Assembly: GCA_965277805.1 (NCBI GenBank)
Contig: OZ255842.1
Span: 2,912,001 to 2,976,000, forward strand
From: Candidatus Lustribacter sp.
Lineage (GTDB): Bacteria > Vulcanimicrobiota > Vulcanimicrobiia > Vulcanimicrobiales > Vulcanimicrobiaceae
DNA length: 64,000 nt
Direction: 5' to 3'
Both the position numbers and the translations under genes were made by a program. How positions within the stretch are numbered: position 1 is the stretch's first letter; each line of letters begins with the position of its first letter. The notes under the pieces are model-generated. The model did no database searches, had not been told where the DNA came from, and was given only the letters and a program-made list of their open reading frames with translations. Shown in pieces: positions 28,963-38,254 of this stretch.

Positions 28963-30696
28963 GTGTTAGCGTTTGCGCGGACGTGCGCGGCGATTGCTGC
29001 GACGGCAAGTAAGCTCGAGAAAGTCGCATTGCTCGCGGAGTATTTGCGCGAACTCGACGATGCGGATCTCGCGCCGGCGGCGCGGTATTTCACCGGAAAT
29101 CCGTTTGCGTCGGCCGATCAGCGTTCGCTCGGACTGGGCGGCCGGACCCTGGTGGCGGCGGCGCACGTTGCGTGGGGCGTCGGCAACGATGATTTGCGCG
29201 CGGCCTATCGCGGCACCGGCGATCTCGGCGCGGCACTCGGCCCGTTCGTGCGCCCTCCGGTCGACCTCGGGTTATTTCGCGAAACGCTGACGCCGGCCGT
29301 GCTGTTCGACTATCTCGTTGAAATTGCGGCGGCGTCGGGCAAGAGCGCGCAACGTCGCCGCCAGGTGCTGTGCGAACGCATTCTCGGCGCGTGCACCGAT
29401 CCGTTGGAAGCAACGTACGTCATCAAGATCGTCACCGGCGAGTTGCGCATCGGCTTGCGCGAAGGGCTGATCGGCGATGCGATCGCGCAGGCGTTTGCAG
29501 CGGAACCGGCAGCGGTGCGGCGCGCGGCGAGCGCGGCCGGCGATATCGGCGCGGTTGCCGTTGCCGCGAAGCACGGTACGCTCGATGCGATCGCAATCGC
29601 CTATCACGCCCCGATCGCGTTCATGCTCGCAACGCCGATCGCTTACGGCAGCGACTACAAAGACCTCGCCGCCGGAACGTGGCTCGTGGAGGACAAGTAC
29701 GATGGCTTCCGGGCACAAGCGCACGTCACGCCCGAGCGCGTCTCGCTCTTCTCACGCACGCACAACGACGTGTCCGCATCATATCCCGAAGTCGTCGCCG
29801 CGCTGCGCGCACTACCGGGATCGCTCATCCTCGACGGCGAGGTCGTCGCAATCCGCGACGGCCGCGTACTCCCGTTCCGCTATCTGCAAGCGCGGCTGCA
29901 ACGCAAAGACCCCTCCCCCGAACTCATGGCCGAAGTCCCCGTACAGTACATCGTCTTCGACGCCCTCGCCCACAACAGCGAATTCCTACTCGAAGAACCA
30001 TTGTCGGTCCGCCGGGCAATCTTAGCCGAAGCCGTCATGGTAGATGTGTCATCCCGAGCAAAGCCCGAAGGGCGTCCCGCCACCGTCGAGGTCGCCGAGT
30101 GGCTGCCCCTCGACCCGGCTCGGGGTGACATCGCCGAAATCTTCGCTGCGGCGCGCGAGCGCAGCCACGAAGGCATCATGTTCAAGCGCACCGATTCGCC
30201 CTACACGCCGGGCCGCCGCGGCAAATCGTGGCTCAAGCTCAAGCGCGAACTCGCCACGCTCGACTGCGTCGTCGTCGGCGTCGAATGGGGCCACGGCCGG
30301 CGCGCGCAAGTGCTCTCCGACTACACCTTCGCCGTCCGCGGCCCGCACGGTCTCGTGCCGATCGGCAAAGCGTTCAGCGGCCTCACCGACGCCGAGATCG
30401 CGGAAATGACGGCCTGGTTTCTCGCGCACCGCCTACCCGACGGCGACGCCGCGCGCGTCTACACCGCGCTCGGACTCGGCCGGCACGAAATCGTCGTCGA
30501 GCCGGAGATCGTAGTGGAAATCGCGTTCGACATCATCCAGCGCAGCGATCTCCACGCCAGCGGATTCTCACTGCGTTTCCCCAGAATCGTACGCCTGCGG
30601 CCCGACAAACCGGCCGCCGAGGCGGACACGTTAGCACGCGTGGTGGAAATCTACGAAGAGATGCTGACCCGCGAACGTGTTGACGCCGAACACTGA
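28963..30696 (+). CDS. ATP-dependent DNA ligase
   Basis: EDKYDG adenylation motif, LDGEV, EGIMFK, WLKLK, SLRFPR. Confidence 0.95.
   Translation: MLAFARTCAAIAATASKLEKVALLAEYLRELDDADLAPAARYFTGNPFASADQRSLGLGGRTLVAAAHVAWGVGNDDLRAAYRGTGDLGAALGPFVRPPVDLGLFRETLTPAVLFDYLVEIAAASGKSAQRRRQVLCERILGACTDPLEATYVIKIVTGELRIGLREGLIGDAIAQAFAAEPAAVRRAASAAGDIGAVAVAAKHGTLDAIAIAYHAPIAFMLATPIAYGSDYKDLAAGTWLVEDKYDGFRAQAHVTPERVSLFSRTHNDVSASYPEVVAALRALPGSLILDGEVVAIRDGRVLPFRYLQARLQRKDPSPELMAEVPVQYIVFDALAHNSEFLLEEPLSVRRAILAEAVMVDVSSRAKPEGRPATVEVAEWLPLDPARGDIAEIFAAARERSHEGIMFKRTDSPYTPGRRGKSWLKLKRELATLDCVVVGVEWGHGRRAQVLSDYTFAVRGPHGLVPIGKAFSGLTDAEIAEMTAWFLAHRLPDGDAARVYTALGLGRHEIVVEPEIVVEIAFDIIQRSDLHASGFSLRFPRIVRLRPDKPAAEADTLARVVEIYEEMLTRERVDAEH
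30048..30073. repeat. Remnant of REP-like palindromic element within ligase
   Basis: GTCATCCCGAGC (identical to 52954-52965) followed by a GCCC-GAA-GGGC mini-hairpin. Confidence 0.55.
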
Positions 30697-30711
30697 AGAC
30701 GACCGCACGCT

Positions 30712-31410
30712 ATGAGCGGCGAACCGCTACCCGCACGCTTCGCCGAATACATCGCCAGGTTCCGCGAACCCGGTGATGAGCTCTCGATGGCCCGCTATCC
30801 CGGGTTGCCGTCGAAACCGTGGTACGATCCGGCCACGATTCCGGCCGCGCGAGAACTCGAGCGTGCCGCTCCGCAGATCTCGGCGGAGTTTCGGCGGCTC
30901 TATCCGCGCGCGTTCGTGCCCGAAAACGAACCGATCAGCCGCGAAGGCGCGTGGGACGTGTTCATCCTCTACGAACGCGGCAAGCGGCACGACGACCGCT
31001 GCGCGTCATTTCCCACGGTCACGGCGATCGTCGAGGGGAACCGCACGGTGCGCAGCCTCGCCGGGCTCGTCTACTTCTCGCGCCTAGCGCCGCACACGCG
31101 CGTGGCCAGGCATTCCGGGCCGACCAACATGCGCGTGCGCGCGCATCTCGGCATCGATATCCCGCCGGACTGCGGAATCCGCGCCGGCGAAACGACGGCC
31201 ACGTGGCAGAACGGCCGCTGCCTCGTCTTCGACGATTCGTTTCCCCATGAAGTCTGGAACGAGAGCGATCGCGAGCGCATCGTGCTGGTGGTCGACCTCT
31301 GGCATCCCGATCTGAGCGACGACGAGGTGCGGCTCCTCGACGGCTTCCAGCGCTACGTGGAGCGCGCGGCAAAGGGGCTGCAGGGCTACTGGTTAGCGAA
31401 TGAACGCTAG
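30712..31410 (+). CDS. Aspartyl/asparaginyl beta-hydroxylase domain protein (2OG-Fe(II))
   Basis: FSRLAPHT..RHSGPTN.R.RAHLG, FDDSFPHEVWN, RIVLVVDLWHP. Confidence 0.88.
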   Translation: MSGEPLPARFAEYIARFREPGDELSMARYPGLPSKPWYDPATIPAARELERAAPQISAEFRRLYPRAFVPENEPISREGAWDVFILYERGKRHDDRCASFPTVTAIVEGNRTVRSLAGLVYFSRLAPHTRVARHSGPTNMRVRAHLGIDIPPDCGIRAGETTATWQNGRCLVFDDSFPHEVWNESDRERIVLVVDLWHPDLSDDEVRLLDGFQRYVERAAKGLQGYWLANER

Positions 31411-33283
31411 CGTGGACCGTTCCGCGCCGGCGCCGCTCATCGCCGTTCGTTACGCGCTGCTTTTGCTTACATCCGCGACTGCGCTGTACTATTTCCAGTG
31501 GCGCATCGGGGTGTTCAATCCGGCCCACCCGGTCTATTCGTGGATCGTCTTCGCGGCTGAGCTCATCGGCTTCGCGCGGACCTTTCTGTTTCTGCTGGTG
31601 TCCGTTCGCGTTCCAGATCGCGACGACGTGGCCACGGCGCCGCCGGGGCTCAGCGTCGACGTCTTCATTCCCACGGTTAACGAACCCGTCGACATCGTGC
31701 GGCGCACGGCGTTTGCGGCGCTTGGGCTTACGTATCCGCACGAGACCTGGATCCTCGACGATGGTGAACGCCCCGAGATGCGTGCGCTCGCCGCGGAGAT
31801 TGGTTGCCGTTATGCGGCCCGCACCGAACACAACGATACAAAGGCCGGCAATCTCAATCATGCCCTCGGGCTCGCGCAGGGCGACTTCATCGCGATCTTC
31901 GATGCCGACCACGTCGCCGATCCGCGTTTCCTCGAGCGCACGCTGGGCTATTTCAGCGACGAACGGCTCGCGTTCGTACAAACGCCGCAAGAGCTGTTCA
32001 ACACCGATTCATTCGATCACCTGAGAACCCAGCGCACGACGTCAAACGGTGCGTCGTTCTTCCACCGCGTGATCCAGCGCAGCCGCGACGCATCGAACTC
32101 GACGATCTACAGCGGCTCATCGGCCGTGCTGCGCCGCCGGGCACTCGATGCGATCGGGGGCTTTGCCACCGGCACGATCAGCGAGGACGTGCACACCTCG
32201 TTCCGACTGCACGCCGCCGGTTGGGGATCCGTTTTCCATCCCGAGATTCTCTCGGCCGGCATGGGACCGCTCAACGCCGCTGCCTACTGCGCGCAGCGTT
32301 TGCGCTGGTCGCAAGACACGCTGCAGTTACTGCTGTGCGAAAATCTCTTCGCACATCCGACGCTGACCTGGCGCCAGCGCTTGGCCTACATCATCCACGC
32401 CGCAAGCAACCTCGAAGGGTGGCGGCACGTCTTCATCTACGCGCTCCCGATCGCGATCCTGTTCACCGGCATCCTCCCGCTGCAAACGAGCGCGACGAGC
32501 TTTCTGCTTCACTTCGTGCCGTACTTTCTGGCCACGAACATCACCCTCAGCGAATTCGCGCGCGGGCATCTGCGCGTTGACGAAAGCGCAATCTTTAACC
32601 TCGCCCGCGCACCCGCATCAATTCTAGCGGTCTTCACCGCACACGGTGCGCACCGCTGGCGCGTGACGCCGAAAGCGCTCGGCGCTCCCGAACGCGCCGC
32701 AGAGATGCGGTTCGCGGAAGCCGTTTTGGCGCTCTCGTCGGCCGCGATCGCCTTCGCGTGCATCGAAGAGTTCAGCGGCCGCTCGCAACTCAGCCGCGGC
32801 GCGCTCGCGCTGGTCATCATATGGGCGGCGTATCACGTCAGCACCGGCGCGCGCCTCTTGGCGCTCGAATGGCGCTGCGCGCACAATCGCCGTGCGACGA
32901 CGCGCTTCGGCGAACGGCTTCCGGCGGTGATCCAGCGTACGGACGATCCGCAAACGGCCTATGCGGTCGACATCGTGGCCGCATCGGCCGACGGCCTCAC
33001 GTTGCAAACCCCCGATCGGTCTTCGATACCGGCCGCCGGTACGTATCACGGCGAACTTGCTGTTGGAGCGGCACGTTATGCGTTCACGATCGACCTTGCC
33101 GGCGTCCGCGCCGGCGGTCCCGTACGATGGCCTGACGACGCGACGCGCAGTGCCTTCGATCAATACCTGCACCAAAGGGCGATCGCACGCTTCGGGGCGA
33201 CGGACCGCGGCGACCGCGGCGGCATTTTCCGCGCCGCCGAAGCGCTAGGGCGGAACGACCTGGAAAAACATGCGCGTTCGTGA
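31400..33283 (+). CDS. GT2 processive glycosyltransferase, BcsA-like with PilZ-like tail
   Basis: LDDG, KAGNLN, DADH, FVQTPQ, SED, QRLRW, VTPK, RATTR. Confidence 0.88.
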   Translation: MNASVDRSAPAPLIAVRYALLLLTSATALYYFQWRIGVFNPAHPVYSWIVFAAELIGFARTFLFLLVSVRVPDRDDVATAPPGLSVDVFIPTVNEPVDIVRRTAFAALGLTYPHETWILDDGERPEMRALAAEIGCRYAARTEHNDTKAGNLNHALGLAQGDFIAIFDADHVADPRFLERTLGYFSDERLAFVQTPQELFNTDSFDHLRTQRTTSNGASFFHRVIQRSRDASNSTIYSGSSAVLRRRALDAIGGFATGTISEDVHTSFRLHAAGWGSVFHPEILSAGMGPLNAAAYCAQRLRWSQDTLQLLLCENLFAHPTLTWRQRLAYIIHAASNLEGWRHVFIYALPIAILFTGILPLQTSATSFLLHFVPYFLATNITLSEFARGHLRVDESAIFNLARAPASILAVFTAHGAHRWRVTPKALGAPERAAEMRFAEAVLALSSAAIAFACIEEFSGRSQLSRGALALVIIWAAYHVSTGARLLALEWRCAHNRRATTRFGERLPAVIQRTDDPQTAYAVDIVAASADGLTLQTPDRSSIPAAGTYHGELAVGAARYAFTIDLAGVRAGGPVRWPDDATRSAFDQYLHQRAIARFGATDRGDRGGIFRAAEALGRNDLEKHARS

Positions 33284-34744
33284 CGTGCTCGACAGACGAT
33301 GCAACCAGTTCGCCGGCACCGATCCGATACGCCTGAACCCTTGCGGGCCGGCGTCTAGGACGACCGGCCGGCAGCGCGCCCAATCCGGATACTCGCGCAC
33401 GTACTGGGCCGGCGAATCGTCGACGATGATCCGCGAGCCGAGCACTTTTTCAACCGCCGCGCCGTAGCCGAGTGAGTGGGAATCGGACCAGCCCGCAACT
33501 ACGATCGCACCGTCCGGGACGGTGCTCAGTACGTCGTCGATGGCGGACTGATTGCTCGGATACGTCCCTCCGAGAGGGAACGCCCGTGGAGAAAACGCCG
33601 CCACCAGCACGACGGCAACGAGAGCGATTGTCGCCGCCGCGGATGTTATCTTCTGCGGCACCTTCGGCAGCGCAAGGCGTGTACTCGTGGCCGCGAGTGC
33701 TGCGATCAGTGCCAACGATCCAAGCAAATAACCATGCACGTTGTCATCGTTGCGGTAGATCTGGGCAAATGCGATACCGCCGATGCTGCCGCAGGCAAGG
33801 ACGCTCAGGGAGCGCCGGTCGCTTCGCGCAAGCGCAACCAATCCGATCGCGCCGAGTACCAGGAGCCCGAATGAAAACTCTTCGCCGGCGGCTCTGAAGA
33901 CAAAGACGCCGGCTTTCGGATAGACGTTGAGATCGAGCATATGCGCAAGCGATGTACTCGCGTGTTCTTTGCGTCCCAAGACTTCATTGAGAAATCCGTC
34001 GAGCGTTCGCGGCTGGTTGGTATCCCAGTCGATCGATTCGACGCCGAACAGCGGTGCGGCCGCCGTCGGATCCAGATGTTGCGCGGCCACGATCGACGAG
34101 CGCAGAGGAAAATAGAGATAGAGCAGCAGAGGCGCGAGGAAGGCGAGCATGACGAAGCCGAGCGTGCGGCGGTCGAAGCGTTGGCGTTGCCACAGCGCGG
34201 ACACGATCACACCCGGCACGGCGAACAGCGCGAGCGGGTGCGCGGCGATCCCCAAGCCCGTGCACGCACACGCCGCAACGAATGTGCGGCGGTCGCCGGA
34301 GCGGGCGAACGAAACGCTCAGCGCCAGCGCGAAAATGATCGCGGGAACCGCGAAGACTTGAACGTTGGCTTGCTCGGCCTGTTGCCACGAGATAAGGCCA
34401 AAGGCAAACGTGAGACCGGAGGCCAGCGCCGCGATTGGTTGACTTTCAAGCGTCAGCGCGAGCACGGTTACACCCGAAGCGCAAAGCGCGACGGCCGCGG
34501 CCGTCAACACGTTTAGCCGCCATGCAACGGTTCCGAATGCCACGACGTGGGTGAATAGCCAACCGAGCAGCGTATATGCCGGAAAACCGGTCGCATGCGC
34601 GATGCCGAGGATGTAAGGAACGGTTTGGGCTTCGGCGTTGTCACCCGCCGAGACGGCCGATGAAAGCGAGGGTAGGTAGCAGATCAGCGCTCCGGCAAAG
34701 GCGACGATCGCCGCCGCGACGGCCTGCCGGCGCGCTTGCGTCAA
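33245..34744 (-). CDS. DUF2723/TMEM260-like GT-C glycosyltransferase, copy 1
   Basis: GDNAEAQTVPYILGIAHATGFPAYTLLGWLF, WRLN, multiple TM helices, YLYFPLR; TTG 34744 overlaps the upstream TGA. Confidence 0.8.
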   Translation of the reverse strand: MTQARRQAVAAAIVAFAGALICYLPSLSSAVSAGDNAEAQTVPYILGIAHATGFPAYTLLGWLFTHVVAFGTVAWRLNVLTAAAVALCASGVTVLALTLESQPIAALASGLTFAFGLISWQQAEQANVQVFAVPAIIFALALSVSFARSGDRRTFVAACACTGLGIAAHPLALFAVPGVIVSALWQRQRFDRRTLGFVMLAFLAPLLLYLYFPLRSSIVAAQHLDPTAAAPLFGVESIDWDTNQPRTLDGFLNEVLGRKEHASTSLAHMLDLNVYPKAGVFVFRAAGEEFSFGLLVLGAIGLVALARSDRRSLSVLACGSIGGIAFAQIYRNDDNVHGYLLGSLALIAALAATSTRLALPKVPQKITSAAATIALVAVVLVAAFSPRAFPLGGTYPSNQSAIDDVLSTVPDGAIVVAGWSDSHSLGYGAAVEKVLGSRIIVDDSPAQYVREYPDWARCRPVVLDAGPQGFRRIGSVPANWLHRLSSTSRTRMFFQVVPP

Positions 34745-35019
34745 TCGACGCCGATATCCCAAACTGCGTCGAGTTCGCGCTTCGCAAAGGCCCGGAACGC
34801 AATCATCGTTTCCGTACTCGTAATCCCGGGCCGATTCGCAATCACCTCGGTCACCAGATCGCTCAACTGGTCGTGTTCACGTACGCGCACGATCGCTATG
34901 AGGTCGAACGGCCCCGCGACACTGTATACCTCGGTCACCCCTTTGACCGAGAGAAGCTCCTCGGCGAGCGATTTGACGCGGCCCGGCTCGACGCTGAGCA
35001 TAACGAAGGCGGTAATCAT
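34741..35019 (-). CDS. Lrp/AsnC ligand-binding-domain-only protein
   Basis: GVTEVYSVAGPFDLIAIVR, PGITSTETMIAF; no HTH. Confidence 0.88.
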   Translation of the reverse strand: MITAFVMLSVEPGRVKSLAEELLSVKGVTEVYSVAGPFDLIAIVRVREHDQLSDLVTEVIANRPGITSTETMIAFRAFAKRELDAVWDIGVD

Positions 35020-35277
35020 TTAGCGAATCTTCCGTTCAAGGCGGCTCTTGCGGGCGGCACGCAGCCGCTCGACCTGGTTATAGACATCGGCCGTCCGGGA
35101 TTTCGTCACCTTGACCCGGTGGGAACGGATGCGCATGACGAACAGCAGCAGCACGATCCCGATGGCCCCGAATGCGCACGCCAGGCGCAGTTCCCAAGGC
35201 AGGAGGGCACCGGCCACGAGAAACGCAGCCACGATGGCCAGCGCGTTCTGCCACGGCCGCATCGGTGAAACGGTCAC
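35020..35277 (-). CDS. Small membrane protein
   Basis: Two hydrophobic helices and a basic tail; abuts the Lrp-domain gene. Confidence 0.65.
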   Translation of the reverse strand: MTVSPMRPWQNALAIVAAFLVAGALLPWELRLACAFGAIGIVLLLFVMRIRSHRVKVTKSRTADVYNQVERLRAARKSRLERKIR

Positions 35278-35582
35278 CCCGGCCGTGTTCGCCGCCCCTT
35301 GCCCGCCGCTTCTTCCCCGCGCCGGCGCCGTCGTCTGTCAAAATGCTTACTAAGGCTAACAATTTGACTAAGCGTGAAGTCACAGTCTAGCGGCTTGGCC
35401 AGGGCACGGTAAAAGCGGTCCCGTAAGAACGCTCGTCCGGTATGCGGGCAGCCAGTCGATTGCGTCGGCGCTAATGCTGAACGGGCATCGGGACGACTAC
35501 TAGAGTGGGGTGGCGGCTGCTAAGGCGGCCTTCAAAGCATACCCTTTGGGTGTTTTTCGATCGGAGTCGGGACACGAGCACG

Positions 35583-36722
35583 ATGACCAAGGAACGAAAT
35601 CTGATCGCTTTCGCCGTTATAGCGGTCCTTGCCGCGTGTGGCGGGGGCGGCGGCGGCGGCACGGCATCGCTTCCCAGCGGCCCGAGCTCCGTCACCGCGA
35701 CGCCGACGCCGGGCGCGATCGCCACATCCACGCCGGCGCTGCCGGCCGGCTACGCGGTCGACAGCGTCTCGATCACCATGGCGAAGGGCACCTATGTCGC
35801 CGCCTCGACCCGTAATGTCCAGGCTATCGGCACGGGCACGCAGTCGATCGTATTTACGCTCTTGCAGCAGAACGGGGTGCCGCTCACCGGCGCGCCGCAG
35901 ACCTTCGGTTTGACCGGCTCCAGCTCAGGGTGCACGACGAATCCGAACACCCAAGCGTTGACCTGCGTTCTGCCGGTCAACGCTCCCGTCGGACAGGACG
36001 TCTTCCTCGCGCAGACCTACTCGAATGCGAACGGCACGGGAAGCCTGACCGGAAGCGGGGCCGTAGCGCTCAGCGTCGGCATCAATTCCACGAATACCGC
36101 CTCGATCGTGCTCAACGCACAGGTCGCCTCGGTGCTCGTCGTCACCGGCAGCTTCTATCTCGGTAACTACGTGAACTCGCAGGCCATATCGCGACGCGCC
36201 GGCACGTCCGCGCTTCGGCAGATCGCGACTCAAGGAACAGTGTACCCGAACGTGTCGTCGACGCAGGTCTTCGTCGTGGCCGTCGATAGTTCGGGCAACA
36301 CGATTTTGAACCCATCGACCTACAGCTCGCCGGTCTACCTTCAACTCGCGTATGACTACACCGATGGCCTCTCCGGTGGCGTGCCGATGACGGCCGACGT
36401 CACCTTGACGGCGACCTATGCGGCGAACGATCCGGCCCCGTGCACGGGAGGCAGCGCGACGGCCGCGGGCTGGTATACGAGCTTTGCGCTCTGCTCGCCG
36501 AGCGACATCGTTACCGCCAGCATGACGCCGAACGTCCTCGCGAGTCCGTCATGGGACGCCTACGTTCTCGGACAGACCAACTCGAACTTACTGCTTCCGA
36601 CGCCGGCGCCAAACACGACCCCAGCGCCGATAGCCTCGCTCCCGGCAACGAACTCGTTTGCTGATATTTACGTCATCTATCCCACCACCCCGCCCGGCAA
36701 TATCACGGTGATCGGACAATGA
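35583..36722 (+). CDS. Surface lipoprotein A (Ser/Thr-rich beta-sandwich family)
   Basis: MTKERNLIAFAVIAVLAA-CGGGGGG lipobox; ATG 35583. Confidence 0.85.
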   Translation: MTKERNLIAFAVIAVLAACGGGGGGGTASLPSGPSSVTATPTPGAIATSTPALPAGYAVDSVSITMAKGTYVAASTRNVQAIGTGTQSIVFTLLQQNGVPLTGAPQTFGLTGSSSGCTTNPNTQALTCVLPVNAPVGQDVFLAQTYSNANGTGSLTGSGAVALSVGINSTNTASIVLNAQVASVLVVTGSFYLGNYVNSQAISRRAGTSALRQIATQGTVYPNVSSTQVFVVAVDSSGNTILNPSTYSSPVYLQLAYDYTDGLSGGVPMTADVTLTATYAANDPAPCTGGSATAAGWYTSFALCSPSDIVTASMTPNVLASPSWDAYVLGQTNSNLLLPTPAPNTTPAPIASLPATNSFADIYVIYPTTPPGNITVIGQ

Positions 36723-38254
36723 GGCGCAGCGGAATGCGAACGACATTCTACACTCTCGGAGCCGCAGCGGTAATCGGCAGCGTCCTGACGGCGTGCGGCG
36801 GCGGTTCGTCATCGTCGTCTCAGTCGACGGTGCCCCTGCCGTCGTCGTCGATCCCGCCGGTCGTGCAAGGCATAACGCCGACCGGACCGACCGCGCCGAT
36901 GACGATCACCATCGCCATCCCGCAACATGTCACGACGACCGCCGCAGCACACGCTTTGGTAAGCAAACGCATCCACGCGCTCTACGGAGCGAAGAGTTCG
37001 GATTCCCGGATCCGCACGATGGCCAACACATCGCCGTCGGCATCGATTCGTCAGGCCGGCGCGCAGTTGGAGAAGTCGGCGAAACAAATCGAGCTAAAGA
37101 CGGGCCGCAGCCCTGAGTACGTTTCGCCCGGCACGTATTATATGGAATTAGTGATGTCGTCCGGCGCGACGAACGTCTCCGATCAAACGGCCTACTGCTC
37201 GGTATCCTCTAACCAGTGCTCGGCAACGTTTAACGTTCCGGTGGGCACAGGTTTCACTGCAGCGCTTTACTTATACGACGATTGCGACTACTTGCTCTCC
37301 GCCGGCGCGGCATCGAACGTGACCATCGTCTCCGGTTCGAACGCGCCGCTCACGATCACGTTAAACCCCGTCGTCGCCTATTTCGACGTCACCGCAACCG
37401 CGACGACTCCGTTCATCGCCGATCCGTCGCAGGCGCAAACGTTCAACGTTTCGGTGACGCCGCTCGATGCAGAGTATTACAATAACAGCCAGCAGAACGT
37501 CGTCACCACGCCCGGCGTTCTGGTTGACTCGACGTTCCATCAAATCACCTCGGTGACGCTGGCGCTCTCATCGGCCTACCCCGACGTCACACCGTCGGGG
37601 CCGCAAACGTTGAACGTGCCGGTGTTGGCGCAAAACTCGATCAACACGTATACGTTCCCGACGACCTCGTACACCTTCGGTGGAACCGGTACCGAGGGGA
37701 GCGTCGTTTGGACGGCGACCCCCAACACCGTCGGAAGCCCGATCGTCCCGACGAACGAGCGCGGCCCTTATTCTGACGGCACGCCGAGTCCCGGCACAAA
37801 CGTCGGCTCCCTCTCCATCACCGACAATCCAGTGGCCCTTAGCTGGACCAATCCGCAGGGATACCCGCAAAGCAGTGGTGATCCGGTGATTGCGTCGCAG
37901 GGCACCGGTACCAACGTCACTTACTGGTCGGCCGAGTTCCCGAACCCGGCCAATACCAGCACGTACACCTTTGGGCTCAACGAGAATATCCCGTTCAGCG
38001 GAAACATCACGCTCAGCGATAACGGCCAGTGCGTATCGAGCGTCGTTTCCTCGTACACCCCAACTCTCGGTACCTATCCCTTCTCCCAGCTCAACACGAG
38101 CCCGTACGTTCTGATCACGATGAACTCCAGCAGTAACACGGCGGCGTGTATCGTCACGGCGACCGATGACGCGGCCACACCGCGCAGTACCCAACTGCAG
38201 ATCTTCGTCGACAGTTCTACACTGACTATTCAGAATAAAGCGAGGGCCCATTAA
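36719..38254 (+). CDS. Surface lipoprotein B
   Basis: LTA-CGGG lipobox; RSPEYVSPGT; ATGA overlap with A. Confidence 0.85.
   Translation: MRRSGMRTTFYTLGAAAVIGSVLTACGGGSSSSSQSTVPLPSSSIPPVVQGITPTGPTAPMTITIAIPQHVTTTAAAHALVSKRIHALYGAKSSDSRIRTMANTSPSASIRQAGAQLEKSAKQIELKTGRSPEYVSPGTYYMELVMSSGATNVSDQTAYCSVSSNQCSATFNVPVGTGFTAALYLYDDCDYLLSAGAASNVTIVSGSNAPLTITLNPVVAYFDVTATATTPFIADPSQAQTFNVSVTPLDAEYYNNSQQNVVTTPGVLVDSTFHQITSVTLALSSAYPDVTPSGPQTLNVPVLAQNSINTYTFPTTSYTFGGTGTEGSVVWTATPNTVGSPIVPTNERGPYSDGTPSPGTNVGSLSITDNPVALSWTNPQGYPQSSGDPVIASQGTGTNVTYWSAEFPNPANTSTYTFGLNENIPFSGNITLSDNGQCVSSVVSSYTPTLGTYPFSQLNTSPYVLITMNSSSNTAACIVTATDDAATPRSTQLQIFVDSSTLTIQNKARAH

Noticed and set aside
22019-30696. tdk and ATP-dependent ligase as prophage markers
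   Set aside because: No integrase or structural genes are present, and the context is housekeeping.
6500-31410. Asp/Asn hydroxylase acting on the pilin's EGF-like CPxGY modules
   Set aside because: The genes are 24 kb apart, the modules lack a clear EGF hydroxylation consensus, and the enzyme has no signal peptide.
35380-35520. Possible c-di-GMP riboswitch
   Set aside because: I could not match class I or class II consensus by eye.
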